A stretch of 64,000 bases of DNA from Elusimicrobia bacterium GWC2_64_44 (GTDB lineage: Bacteria; Elusimicrobiota; Elusimicrobia; Elusimicrobiales; UBA9959). The notes beneath the pieces are model-generated. The model made no database searches. It worked only from the letters and a program-made list of their open reading frames with translations, and had not been told where the DNA came from. The stretch covers positions 717 to 64,716 of the forward strand of contig MGUG01000035.1 of the NCBI GenBank assembly GCA_001799845.1. Reading direction: 5' to 3'. Below are positions 8,890 to 17,290 of the stretch, piece by piece (the first letter of the stretch is position 1; each line of letters opens with the position of its first letter). Both the position numbers and the translations under genes were made by a program.

Positions 8890-9959
8890 GGTTTTTCCTC
8901 TTCCAGCTTCTTCTCTATCGTCCCCCCGCCCAGCACCCTGTCTCCCTCGTAAAAAACCGCGGCCTGGCCGGGCGCCACGGCGAACTGCGGTGCCGCCAGC
9001 CGCACCTCCGCCCGCCCGCCCGGCAGCGGCCTGACGGCGCAGGGCGCGGGTTTATGGCGGTAGCGGATCTGCGCCGCGGCGGAGAATTCCGCTCTGCCCG
9101 GCGGGGTCAGCCAGTTAAGCCCGCTCATCGTGAACGCGGCGCCGTGCGCGGCCGCGAGCGGCCCCAGCACCACCTCGTTGGTCTCCGGCCGCACCTCGGC
9201 CACGTAGAGCCGTTCGCCGCCGTAAACCCCGGTGCCGCGGCGCTGCCCTACCGTAAAATTGAAAAAGCCGTTATGCCTGCCCAGGCGTTTGCCGTTGAGG
9301 TCCACGATGTACCCCGGGCGCGGCTTAACGCCCGCGTATTTCTTCAGGTAATGCGTGTAGTCGCCCTCGGTGATGAAGCAGATGTCGTTGGATTCCGGCT
9401 CGGACGCCGACGGCAGCGAGAACTCGGCCGCTATTTTGCGCACCTCTTTTTTGGTCAGGCCGCCCAGCGGGAACAGCACCCGCCCCAGGTCAGCCCGGCG
9501 CAGGCAGTAAAGGAAATAGCTCTGGTCCTTCAGCGGGTCGGCCCCGCGGTAGAGGCCGTACTCCCCGGCCTCTTTCTTTATCACGGCGTAGTGCCCGGTG
9601 GCGAGCGCGTCCGCGCCGAGCGACAGCGCGAGGTCCAGCAGGTAGGAGAACTTCAGGTGGCGGTTGCATTCCACGCAGGGGTTCGGCGTGGCGCCGGCCA
9701 GGTAGGAGGCCGTGAAATTGTCTATGACGGTTTTGGAGAACAGGCCCTGCGCGCTTTTGAAGTAATGCCGTATGCCCAGCGCCTGCGCCGAGGCGCGCGC
9801 CTTGGCCGCGCTGTCGGCGCCGCCGCAGCACTTCACCGCGTTCTTGCGCTCCGAGAAAAGCCGCAGCGTCACGCCGATGACCTCGTGCCCTTCTTTCTTA
9901 AGCAGGGCCGCGGTCACGGACGAGTCCACCCCGCCCGACATGGCGACAACGATCTTCAT
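8886..9959 (-). CDS. mnmA: tRNA 2-thiouridine(34) synthase
   Basis: PP-loop MKIVVAMSGGVDSSV. Also CCGGADSAAKARASAQALGI, NPCVECNRHLKF, ATGHYA, KDQSYFL. The stop overlaps the ddl start by 4 nt. Confidence 0.92.
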   Translation of the reverse strand: MKIVVAMSGGVDSSVTAALLKKEGHEVIGVTLRLFSERKNAVKCCGGADSAAKARASAQALGIRHYFKSAQGLFSKTVIDNFTASYLAGATPNPCVECNRHLKFSYLLDLALSLGADALATGHYAVIKKEAGEYGLYRGADPLKDQSYFLYCLRRADLGRVLFPLGGLTKKEVRKIAAEFSLPSASEPESNDICFITEGDYTHYLKKYAGVKPRPGYIVDLNGKRLGRHNGFFNFTVGQRRGTGVYGGERLYVAEVRPETNEVVLGPLAAAHGAAFTMSGLNWLTPPGRAEFSAAAQIRYRHKPAPCAVRPLPGGRAEVRLAAPQFAVAPGQAAVFYEGDRVLGGGTIEKKLEEEKP

Positions 9960-9999
9960 TCCCTCTATTTTATCTAAAGGGGACGTTGATTCCTAATTC

Positions 10000-11907
10000 C
10001 TATTTCCATGACAGAGGATGCTTAGGAGATCCTCCGCCCCTATCTCCCACGATAACTGAAACCATCTGCATTTCCCCGACATTGCCTAAATTATCTTCCG
10101 TTTGATAATAGATGACATGCTCACCTTCGGGCAACTGGAACGGCGCGGAGTAAGTATAATTTTCACAGCTTCCAATGCCGTCAATTCCGCCGCTATAGTC
10201 GGAATAAGAGCATTCCTCGAAAGAAATGTCTATAAGCATATATACTGCTTTTAGCCCGCTGGCCACTCTGCTCGACAGCGGATCGGCAGAGACAATGCTG
10301 ATGGTGTTGCCCGGTTCGGCATAGCCCGTTGCACCCGGCAACAGTGCCTTACCGTTTACCCTCAAAGCTGCGGCTGGAGGCGTTCCATCCACAAAGACTT
10401 CCATACCCGCGATCTTGCCTGAATTTCCGGCATTGTCTACCGCCCAATAATGCAAGTTATGCACACCTTCCGGAAGCAGAATCGGCTCCCGGTATACTGG
10501 GTTAGGGCAAGTTCCACGGCTAGCGGCCTGGTTGTAGGGTTCCTGCAGGCACTCCGCCGTAGCCGGTTCATCGAGAAGAAAATATGTCGTAGCCACACCG
10601 GCCATGACGCCGTGACCTCCGACATCCTTTGCATTGATACTTACCGGCACTCTCCCGGAAAAGTAGACATTCCCATTCCCTTCAAACTGCGCACTCGATT
10701 CTACCGTAACGAATGGCGCTGCCTTGTCAAAAACCCCGATCGGCGCCATCACAGAAAAGACCCCGCCCGCTTTTTGCACATCGCCTTTGACTTTCCGGGG
10801 CCTCACGGGAGCCCGGCTTGACTCCGGCGCGGCCGCAGAATACCTGATCCTGCCTAAGGCAAATCCTGCCGCCTGCGCGGCAAGGGCATCAGGATCGCGC
10901 TGCATACTTTCAAGAGCGGGCAACGCGCTCTTGGCCACAGGGCCGATCGCTCCCAATACCCGCGCAGAATCCATGCGTATCTCCTTATCAGAGGAGGCAA
11001 GATTTGCTATTAAATCAGGAATAGCGCCCTCAAGACCGCTGCCCACGCTTAACATCGCGCGCAGGGCGCCTCTCCGTAACTCCGGGTCATGATCGCGCAG
11101 ACCCTCTATAAGTGCGGGCGCCACACCTTTAACTTCAGAGCCTATCTTTGTGATCGCGGACATCGCGGCTTTACGGACTTTACGGTCCGGGTCACGCAGC
11201 GCTTTTATTATCTCCGGAGCGAAATTAACCGGCTTCCCCTGCATACAGGTAAAGGTCTCGATGACACGGAGGCGCATGTTCGCGTCAGTGGCGTCCGCAG
11301 CCTTTTTAAGTTCAGGATTGGCCGCCTCCCCGATGGCACACAACGCAGTTCGTGCGCTAGCGTACTCCGGCTCTTTGGCAAGAAGTTTGACTAACAGCGG
11401 GATAGCTTCTTCCGCTATAGGCCGAACCATTCCCAAAGCATTGATTGCCGCGATTCTGGCCTCTGTTCCCGGTCCGGATACGGTACGTACAAGGCCTGGC
11501 ACGGCCGCATTACCGGATCTCGAAAGCGCGGCCGAAGCATAACTTCTTACTTTTGCGCTCGGATCTGCGAGCCTGTTTACTAACTCAGCAATAACATTCT
11601 CCACATCAGGAGCGATGAGTCCCAGTGCAAAAACTGTATGGGCGCGAACCTCCTCGTCCCCCGCTTTCAAGAACCTTACCAGATCAGGAATAGCCGCCTT
11701 TGCCTTCGGCCCAAGTCTCGAAGCGGCTCCGATTCCCCGAGTCCGCTCGGATTCCTCCGGAGAACGGATCAGCGAGAGGATTTCGCCCATATCAACCGGA
11801 TAGTCGGGTGGCGCCGAAAAAGCTGGCACTGCCAACGCCATAAACATCAGCAGACAAAAGCAACACAGTAATGTTCTAATAGTTACCATCAGCATGAGAA
11901 AGTCCAC
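10000..11907 (-). CDS. secreted HEAT-repeat protein with two C-terminal Ig-like (D-x-AGN type) domains, on a low-GC island
   Basis: Signal-peptide-like N-terminus (CLLMFMALAVPAFSA). Repeated HEAT/PBS-lyase-type units (DEEVRAHTVFALGLI, DPSAKVRSYASAALSRSG, DPDRKVRKAAMSAITKIG, DHDPELRRGALRAMLSVG, DKEIRMDSARVLGAIG). The C-terminus has HNLHYWAVDNAGNSGKIAGMEVFVDGTPP and EGEHVIYYQTEDNLGNVGEM, the same boundary motif used in the giant protein. Confidence 0.75.
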   Translation of the reverse strand: MDFLMLMVTIRTLLCCFCLLMFMALAVPAFSAPPDYPVDMGEILSLIRSPEESERTRGIGAASRLGPKAKAAIPDLVRFLKAGDEEVRAHTVFALGLIAPDVENVIAELVNRLADPSAKVRSYASAALSRSGNAAVPGLVRTVSGPGTEARIAAINALGMVRPIAEEAIPLLVKLLAKEPEYASARTALCAIGEAANPELKKAADATDANMRLRVIETFTCMQGKPVNFAPEIIKALRDPDRKVRKAAMSAITKIGSEVKGVAPALIEGLRDHDPELRRGALRAMLSVGSGLEGAIPDLIANLASSDKEIRMDSARVLGAIGPVAKSALPALESMQRDPDALAAQAAGFALGRIRYSAAAPESSRAPVRPRKVKGDVQKAGGVFSVMAPIGVFDKAAPFVTVESSAQFEGNGNVYFSGRVPVSINAKDVGGHGVMAGVATTYFLLDEPATAECLQEPYNQAASRGTCPNPVYREPILLPEGVHNLHYWAVDNAGNSGKIAGMEVFVDGTPPAAALRVNGKALLPGATGYAEPGNTISIVSADPLSSRVASGLKAVYMLIDISFEECSYSDYSGGIDGIGSCENYTYSAPFQLPEGEHVIYYQTEDNLGNVGEMQMVSVIVGDRGGGSPKHPLSWK

Positions 11908-12042
11908 GTGCCCCTCCGGAATCGCTCCGGATATCCCTTTTGCGACATTCTACCAAACAACAAGCGGGGCTCCCGGCAGATTTAAGTACGGAGACGAAGA
12001 ATTAGAAACTGAAATCTGCCTCACGCGCAGCAAGCGGAAAAG

Positions 12043-12074
12043 AAAAAGAGGGACCGATGTCCCTCTTTTTCTTT
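12043..12074 (-). terminator. rho-independent terminator ending the flbD-motAB-lipoprotein unit
   Basis: A 12-bp perfect stem: aaaaagagggac (12043-12054) pairs with gtccctcttttt (12059-12070). The loop is 4 nt. On the minus-strand RNA the hairpin is followed by a U-rich run, about 20 nt after the stop at 12090. Confidence 0.75.
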
Positions 12075-12089
12075 GGCGGAGCGCGCTCT

Positions 12090-12839
12090 TTATTGGCCGA
12101 AGTCGAAGCCTTTGAACAAATCCTCTTCCGCCTGAGTGCCGCCCGCCGGCGCGGCAGTATCACCTGCCGCCGGCTTGGCCGGCTCCGGTCCCTTGGCGCC
12201 GGGCAGGCTCTGCATGCGGCCCTTGCCCTCGCCCACCGGCTGCACAATGATCTTGCGCACGCCCTCGGCGAAAGCCAGGAAGCCCGTGTCGAGGTTGAAA
12301 TAAAGCCGGAAAGGGGATTCCTTCATCTGCGGCTCGTAGGCCTTGCCCAGGTTCAGCCGCTGCTGGTCCCAGCCCGGGTTATAGACCAGCTTGCCGCGCA
12401 CGTCCACCTCGTTGTCGGTGACCGGCAGCGAAAAGTGTATCTTGAAGAGCCCCATGGTATCGCTGATGCCGGGCGCGAAAGAGAGGTTGATCCCGGCGCC
12501 GGCGTTCTCTTCCATGGCGAAGGCGTCCGCGCCGTCGCCGCCGCCGCCTGCCCCGCCCTTGCCCGCGTCGGGCAGCACCTTCACGGTGACGCCCTCTATG
12601 GGGTTGCCCTGGTAATCGGTGATCACGCCCTGGACGTTGCCGTCGAGGAAAGTGCCCATCTTGGTGGTGGAGAAGAACAGGAACTCGCGTTTGCCGGTGA
12701 CCTTCCTGGTCAGAGAGAGGTCGCCGACGCGGGAGTCGGTGAAATCCACCACCTTCAGGCGCTTAAGCCCGCCCATGCAGCCCGCCAGCGGGGCGGCCAG
12801 CAGCGCAACAGCCAGTAATTTAACGAGTCGCTTCTTCAT
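12090..12839 (-). CDS. lipoprotein (hypothetical), 4 nt downstream of motB
   Basis: Lipobox in MKKRLVKLLAVALLAAPLAGC. A carboxypeptidase-regulatory-like beta-sandwich hint (GVITDYQGNPIEGVTVKVLPD). Pro/Ala-rich C-terminal tail. Confidence 0.7.
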   Translation of the reverse strand: MKKRLVKLLAVALLAAPLAGCMGGLKRLKVVDFTDSRVGDLSLTRKVTGKREFLFFSTTKMGTFLDGNVQGVITDYQGNPIEGVTVKVLPDAGKGGAGGGGDGADAFAMEENAGAGINLSFAPGISDTMGLFKIHFSLPVTDNEVDVRGKLVYNPGWDQQRLNLGKAYEPQMKESPFRLYFNLDTGFLAFAEGVRKIIVQPVGEGKGRMQSLPGAKGPEPAKPAAGDTAAPAGGTQAEEDLFKGFDFGQ

Positions 12840-12843
12840 AGAT

Positions 12844-13635
12844 CTAGTTGCCTCCCTCCGCGGGGGCCTCGCCGGCCTCCGCCGGGGTCTCGGGCGCCGC
12901 CGGGGTTTCGGCGGGCGGGGCCGGAGCTTCGCCGGGGCCGGGCAGCTGCGCTTCGGCCCCTTCGGCCGGTTTAGGCGCGGGGGCGTTTACCAGGCCCGGC
13001 GGCTGCGGCGCGTCGGGATAAGCGTTATTCTTGATGAAGAACACCACGCGGCGGTTCGTCTTGCGGTTGGCGACGGAAGTATTGGGGACCTTGGGGTGGT
13101 ATTCCCCATAGCCCACGGCCGCCATGCGCTTGGGCGGGAATTTTGCTCCCAGCATGGACATGACCACGCTGGTGGCGCGGGCGGTGGACAGCTCCCAGTT
13201 ATTGGCATATTCCTTGGTGGCTATCGGGATATCGTCGGTATGACCTTCCACCACTATGTCCTGCTTCTCGGCCAGTTTCAAAAGGATAGGGCTGATCTTA
13301 TCGAGCTGCGCGCGCATCTGGTCGGTGAGCTCGGCGCTGCCGCTCTCGAAGAAGGCCATGTCGCTCTGCTCCTCCATCGTTATGCGCATGCCCTCCTTGT
13401 CCATCGTCACGCTGCCGGACATCTTGCCTTCCTTGATCATCTCCTGGATGTCGGCCTGCGCCTTCTGCATGTCCTTGTTGAGGGCGGCGGAGAGGGCGTA
13501 GAGGATGACGAAGAAGCAGACCAGCTCGGTCATCAGGTCGGCGTAGTTGACCATCCACGGGGGCGCGGGCTCGCCTACGGGCGCCACGCGCCTGTCGTCC
13601 TCCGGGATCATTCCTTTTACGGCTCTTACGGGCAT
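12844..13635 (-). CDS. motB: MotB-type stator protein (OmpA-like peptidoglycan-binding C-terminus)
   Basis: WMVNYADLMTELVCFFVILYALS is the plug/TM segment with the conserved Asp. FESGSAELT...VVEGHTDDIPI...NWELSTARATSV...NRRVVFFI is the OmpA_C-like domain. A Pro/Ala-rich tail follows. Confidence 0.85.
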   Translation of the reverse strand: MPVRAVKGMIPEDDRRVAPVGEPAPPWMVNYADLMTELVCFFVILYALSAALNKDMQKAQADIQEMIKEGKMSGSVTMDKEGMRITMEEQSDMAFFESGSAELTDQMRAQLDKISPILLKLAEKQDIVVEGHTDDIPIATKEYANNWELSTARATSVVMSMLGAKFPPKRMAAVGYGEYHPKVPNTSVANRKTNRRVVFFIKNNAYPDAPQPPGLVNAPAPKPAEGAEAQLPGPGEAPAPPAETPAAPETPAEAGEAPAEGGN

Positions 13636-13653
13636 AGGTAATCGCTCCCGGGG

Positions 13654-14439
13654 CTAGGCCGGGGTCTCTTTCTTGATGGCGGCGCGGGCGGTCGGGTCCA
13701 GGTAGGCCTTCAGGTTGGCCTCCACCACGCTGGGCGTGGCGCCGCTCTGCAGCAGCAGCACGCCGCGGATGATGATCTCTTTTACGAACAGCTCCTCGTC
13801 GGAGCGGTTCTTGAGCTTGCCGCCCATGGGCATGAACAGCCAGTAGCCCGACGCAAGGCCGTAGAAGGCGGCGGCGAGCGCGAGGGCCATGCGGCGCGGC
13901 ACCTGGGCCACGTCGTCGATGGAGGAAAGCATCAGGATCATGCCGAGCACGGTGCCGATGATGCCGAACGCCGGGGCGTAGGTGCCCAGCGCGTTGAAGA
14001 TCTCGCGGCCGTTCTTGTGGCGCTCGCGGATGAAGTCGATCTCGGTCTCGAGCATGTTGCGGATGAACTCGTGGTCCGCGCCGTCGATGACCAGCTGCAC
14101 GCCGCGCTTGAGGAAGTCGTTGTCGATAGCCTTCACGTCGGACTCGAGCGACAGGAAGCCGTCCTTCTTGGCCTTCTGCGACAGCGACACGAACGTGGTG
14201 ACCAGCTTGGAGGTGTCCTCGCCCTTGGTGGTCAGCACCTTCTTGAGGATCTTGCCGGAGCCGATCACGGAGGAGAGCGGGAAATTGACCAGCAGCGCGC
14301 AGAAGGTGCCGCCCATGACGATCAGGAAGGCCTCGATGTTCATGAAGGGCTTGAAGCCCGCGATGCCTTCCTGCAGGTAGACGGACCCCAGCACGAAGCC
14401 CATGAAGACCACGATACCGCTTAATGTGCCTATATCCAT
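13654..14439 (-). CDS. motA: MotA/TolQ/ExbB-family proton-channel stator protein
   Basis: 261 aa with 4 predicted TM segments. The C-terminal half has the family pattern (AFGIIGTVLGMILML...ALALAAAFYGLASGYWLFMPMGGKL). It is flanked by flbD and motB. Confidence 0.85.
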   Translation of the reverse strand: MDIGTLSGIVVFMGFVLGSVYLQEGIAGFKPFMNIEAFLIVMGGTFCALLVNFPLSSVIGSGKILKKVLTTKGEDTSKLVTTFVSLSQKAKKDGFLSLESDVKAIDNDFLKRGVQLVIDGADHEFIRNMLETEIDFIRERHKNGREIFNALGTYAPAFGIIGTVLGMILMLSSIDDVAQVPRRMALALAAAFYGLASGYWLFMPMGGKLKNRSDEELFVKEIIIRGVLLLQSGATPSVVEANLKAYLDPTARAAIKKETPA

Positions 14440-14454
14440 GAGAGCAGCGTCTCC

Positions 14455-14679
14455 TTACTTTTTCTCGTAACCCTCCAGCGGGTTAATGCATTTCCTTTCG
14501 GAATAAACTTTCTTCTTGTACTCCACGACCAGGGCGATGACCTCGTCCACCGGGTTCCTGACCAGGTAGCGGTTGCCGGTGGCCAGGTTGATCACCGTGT
14601 CCGGCGAGCCCTCCACGCTCTCGATCAGTTCGGCGTTGACCACCACGAGCGAGCCGTTCAGTTTTTCGAGTTTGATCAT
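14455..14679 (-). CDS. flbD: FlbD-family small flagellar protein
   Basis: MIKLEKLNGSLVVVNAELIESVEGSPDTVINLATGNRYLVRNPVDEVIALVVEY matches the FlbD pattern. It occupies the classical position upstream of motA. Confidence 0.75.
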   Translation of the reverse strand: MIKLEKLNGSLVVVNAELIESVEGSPDTVINLATGNRYLVRNPVDEVIALVVEYKKKVYSERKCINPLEGYEKK

Positions 14680-14767
14680 GTCTTTTAATTATACTTTAAA
14701 TAAAAATAAAGGCGGCGGACGACCCCGGTCCCCCCCGCCGTTAAACACGCTCCGTCTCAGGCCCCAG

Positions 14768-17128
14768 TTACTCTTTTTTGCCTTTCAGGGCCCACTTAAG
14801 CCGTCCGCCCAGGGAGGCTTCTATGGCCCGGTATTTTTCCAGCTCGGCGGCCAGCTCGGCGGCGCGGGCGTTCTGAGCGGCGTCCTGCTCGGCGGCGGCG
14901 GACTGCAGGCCGGCGGCCCTGGCCTGCTCGGCCTCCAGCTGGGAGGCGGCTTCCTGGGCCTGGAATTCCATCTGCTGGATCTTCTGCTTGAGGAAAAGCA
15001 GCTCGGATTCGAAGCGGGAGCGGTTCTCGGCCTCGAGGCGCAGGTTCTCGGCCTGGGCCTTCAGGTTCTCTCCCTGCCCGCGGAGGGCTTCGTCGGCTGC
15101 GGCTTTCTGGGCGGCCAGGGCGGCATAACCTTCGCGCAGGGCGGCATATTCCGCGGCCAGGCGCTGGCGGTCGGCCTCCAGGGCGCGCGCCGTCTTCTCT
15201 ACCTCTTCTTTCTGGCCCGCCAGCAGGGCGGCCTGCTCGTCGCGCAGCTTCACCGAAGCCGCGGCGCGGGACATCTCTTCTTCGAAGTGTCTGGCCTTCT
15301 CCGCCAGGGCGCGGTCAAAGGTGGAGGCGTCGCCGGCCAGGCGGCGGTTCTCGGCCTCCAGGCGGGCCACCGCTTCCTGCGCGGCGGCCGCGGCGGCGCG
15401 GGCTTCCTTGAGCTGGTCCGTGTAGACGGACTCCAGCTGCCGCTTCAGCGCGGACTTCTCTTCCTCGGCGGAAAATTCGTACTTCATGCGCAGCTGCGAG
15501 AGCTTGGCGTCGAAGTCGGCCTGGCGCTCCCCGGACAGCCGGGCGAGCTCGGCCTGCTGGGCGGCGGCCTGGCGGGCCAGTTCGGCCTGCTTATCGGCGG
15601 CTGCCTTGGCCAGCTCGGCCTGCTTATCGGCTGTCACCCGGGCCAGCTCGGCCTGTTTCTCGGCGGTCACCCTGGCCAGCTCTTCCTGGCGGGCGCGGTT
15701 GAGCTCGGAGATCTTTTCCTCGTGGCGGCGGTTGAACTCGGCGGTCAGCTCGGTGCGGACCTTCTCCACTTCAGCCGCGGCGCGGGCGGCCATGGCCTCC
15801 AGCTCCGCCTGGTGGGCGCCCTTTATGCCGTCGCTCTCCTGCCTGAGCTTGCGCAGCTCCTCGAGCTGGCCGGCCATGTTCTGGGCGAGCTGCATCTTCT
15901 CCAGCTTCAGCTGGCCGCGCTCCTTCTCCAGCACGGCGTTGATGGCCTGCACGCGGGCCACAAAGCCCTTGATCTTCATGAGCTCGGAAATGGCGCGGAT
16001 CTTCTCTCCGGACACGTCGGCCAGGAGTTTCTCTTTCTCCTGCAGCTGGGCCTCATAGCCCTCGGCGGCCTTGCGCAGGGCCTCGTTCATCTCGGAATTC
16101 TTGCGGTCGGACAGCGTGCCGATCTCGGCCTGCAGGCGGCCTATCTCGCCCTGCACTTTCTCGGCCTCGTAGCGGACCTTCTCCTCGCGGTGGGACGCCT
16201 CCAGCCGGGAGGTCTCCTCGCGGCCGCGCAGGGAGGCGTTCTCGGCCTTGAGGTCAGCGATCTCGCGCTCCTTCTCGGGCATCATCTTGATCCAGCCCTC
16301 GATGGAGGCCTTTTCGCGCTCGGCGCGCGCCACGTCGTCGCGCAGCTTGGACGCCTCGCGCTCGGTCATGGACTTCTCGAGCGAGACCTTGCGGAACTCG
16401 TCCTCTACGTCGCGCAGGCGCTCCGCGGAGGTCTTCAGCGAGCGGATCGTCTCTTCGCGGCTTGAAATTTCCTTCTGCCACTGGGCTTTCTCGTCCAGCC
16501 AGCGGCGCTCCATCTCCTGGAGGCGGTAGATGAAATGGCCCTCGGTGTCGCGGCCCTGGGTCTCGCGCTCGGACATCTGGTTCTTGAGCGTGGTCATCCA
16601 GGTCTCGCGCTCCTGCGCCAGGCGGGATTCCATCTCCTTGATCTTGGACTTCAGCGTGAGGCGCTCCTCCTCGACCTCGTGGTCGCGGCGGTCGCGGCGC
16701 ATCTTCTCCTGTATATCCTTAAGGGAGGTCTCCACGCGGGAGGAGAGCACTTCGTCCTGCTGGCTCTTCAGCGTGGCCAGCAGCGCCTTCTCCTTCTCGG
16801 CGGACAGGAGCTTCTCCATGTCGTTGATCTTCTTCTCCAGCTTGTCCTTCTCCTCCTGCATGCGGCGGGACTCCGCCTCGGCGGCGTCCCTCTGCGCCTG
16901 CGTGGGGCCGGCGGGAGGCGCGGGCTGCTGGAAGTTTCCGGGCATGGCCGGGAAGGCCGGCGCCTGCATACCGGGCAGCTGGGGCATGGACGGCAGAGAA
17001 GGCTTGCCGCCGGGAGGAAGCGGCGGCAGATTGGGTTTGGCCATGCCCGGGGGAAGCGGGGGCATGCCAGGTTTAAATTTGTTCTTGTCCTTGTCGTCCA
17101 TAAACATTGCGCCTAGAGCCGGTATCAC
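14768..17128 (-). CDS. polyproline N-terminus + very long coiled-coil protein (hypothetical)
   Basis: The ORF-track start at 17128 is GTG; an ATG at 17107 (MFMDDKDKNKF) is an alternative. The N-terminus is PPLPPGMAKPNLPPLPPGGKPSLPSMPQLPGMQAPAFPAMPG. About 700 aa of E/K/R/A/L-rich heptad-like sequence follows. It includes the tandem units AEKQAELARVTADKQAELAKAAADKQAELARQAAAQQAELARL. Confidence 0.75.
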   Translation of the reverse strand: MIPALGAMFMDDKDKNKFKPGMPPLPPGMAKPNLPPLPPGGKPSLPSMPQLPGMQAPAFPAMPGNFQQPAPPAGPTQAQRDAAEAESRRMQEEKDKLEKKINDMEKLLSAEKEKALLATLKSQQDEVLSSRVETSLKDIQEKMRRDRRDHEVEEERLTLKSKIKEMESRLAQERETWMTTLKNQMSERETQGRDTEGHFIYRLQEMERRWLDEKAQWQKEISSREETIRSLKTSAERLRDVEDEFRKVSLEKSMTEREASKLRDDVARAEREKASIEGWIKMMPEKEREIADLKAENASLRGREETSRLEASHREEKVRYEAEKVQGEIGRLQAEIGTLSDRKNSEMNEALRKAAEGYEAQLQEKEKLLADVSGEKIRAISELMKIKGFVARVQAINAVLEKERGQLKLEKMQLAQNMAGQLEELRKLRQESDGIKGAHQAELEAMAARAAAEVEKVRTELTAEFNRRHEEKISELNRARQEELARVTAEKQAELARVTADKQAELAKAAADKQAELARQAAAQQAELARLSGERQADFDAKLSQLRMKYEFSAEEEKSALKRQLESVYTDQLKEARAAAAAAQEAVARLEAENRRLAGDASTFDRALAEKARHFEEEMSRAAASVKLRDEQAALLAGQKEEVEKTARALEADRQRLAAEYAALREGYAALAAQKAAADEALRGQGENLKAQAENLRLEAENRSRFESELLFLKQKIQQMEFQAQEAASQLEAEQARAAGLQSAAAEQDAAQNARAAELAAELEKYRAIEASLGGRLKWALKGKKE

Positions 17129-17191
17129 ATCTATATTCTAAAAGAACCCGATTTCTTTTTGGTTACAAGATTGTTAACAATTTAAAGGGTC

Positions 17192-17285
17192 GGGGACGTT
17201 GTTGAGTTGTTGAGTTGTTCGCAAAGTGTCTAGGGGGCAAGCATGGTCCATACATGAAACAACTCAACAACTCAACAACGTCCCC
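17192..17285. repeat. 28-bp perfect inverted repeat (long hairpin) between the FliF/FliG-fusion gene and the coiled-coil gene
   Basis: ggggacgttgttgagttgttgagttgtt (17192-17219) is the exact reverse complement of aacaactcaacaactcaacaacgtcccc (17258-17285). The loop is 38 nt. Each arm contains 2 tandem gttgagtt units. Confidence 0.85.
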
Positions 17286-17290
17286 TAAAT

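Noticed and set aside
10000-12050. Mobile element or genomic island with mobility genes
   Set aside because: The compositional shift is real by eye. However, I saw no integrase, transposase, flanking direct repeats or tRNA target, so only the compositional anomaly is reported.
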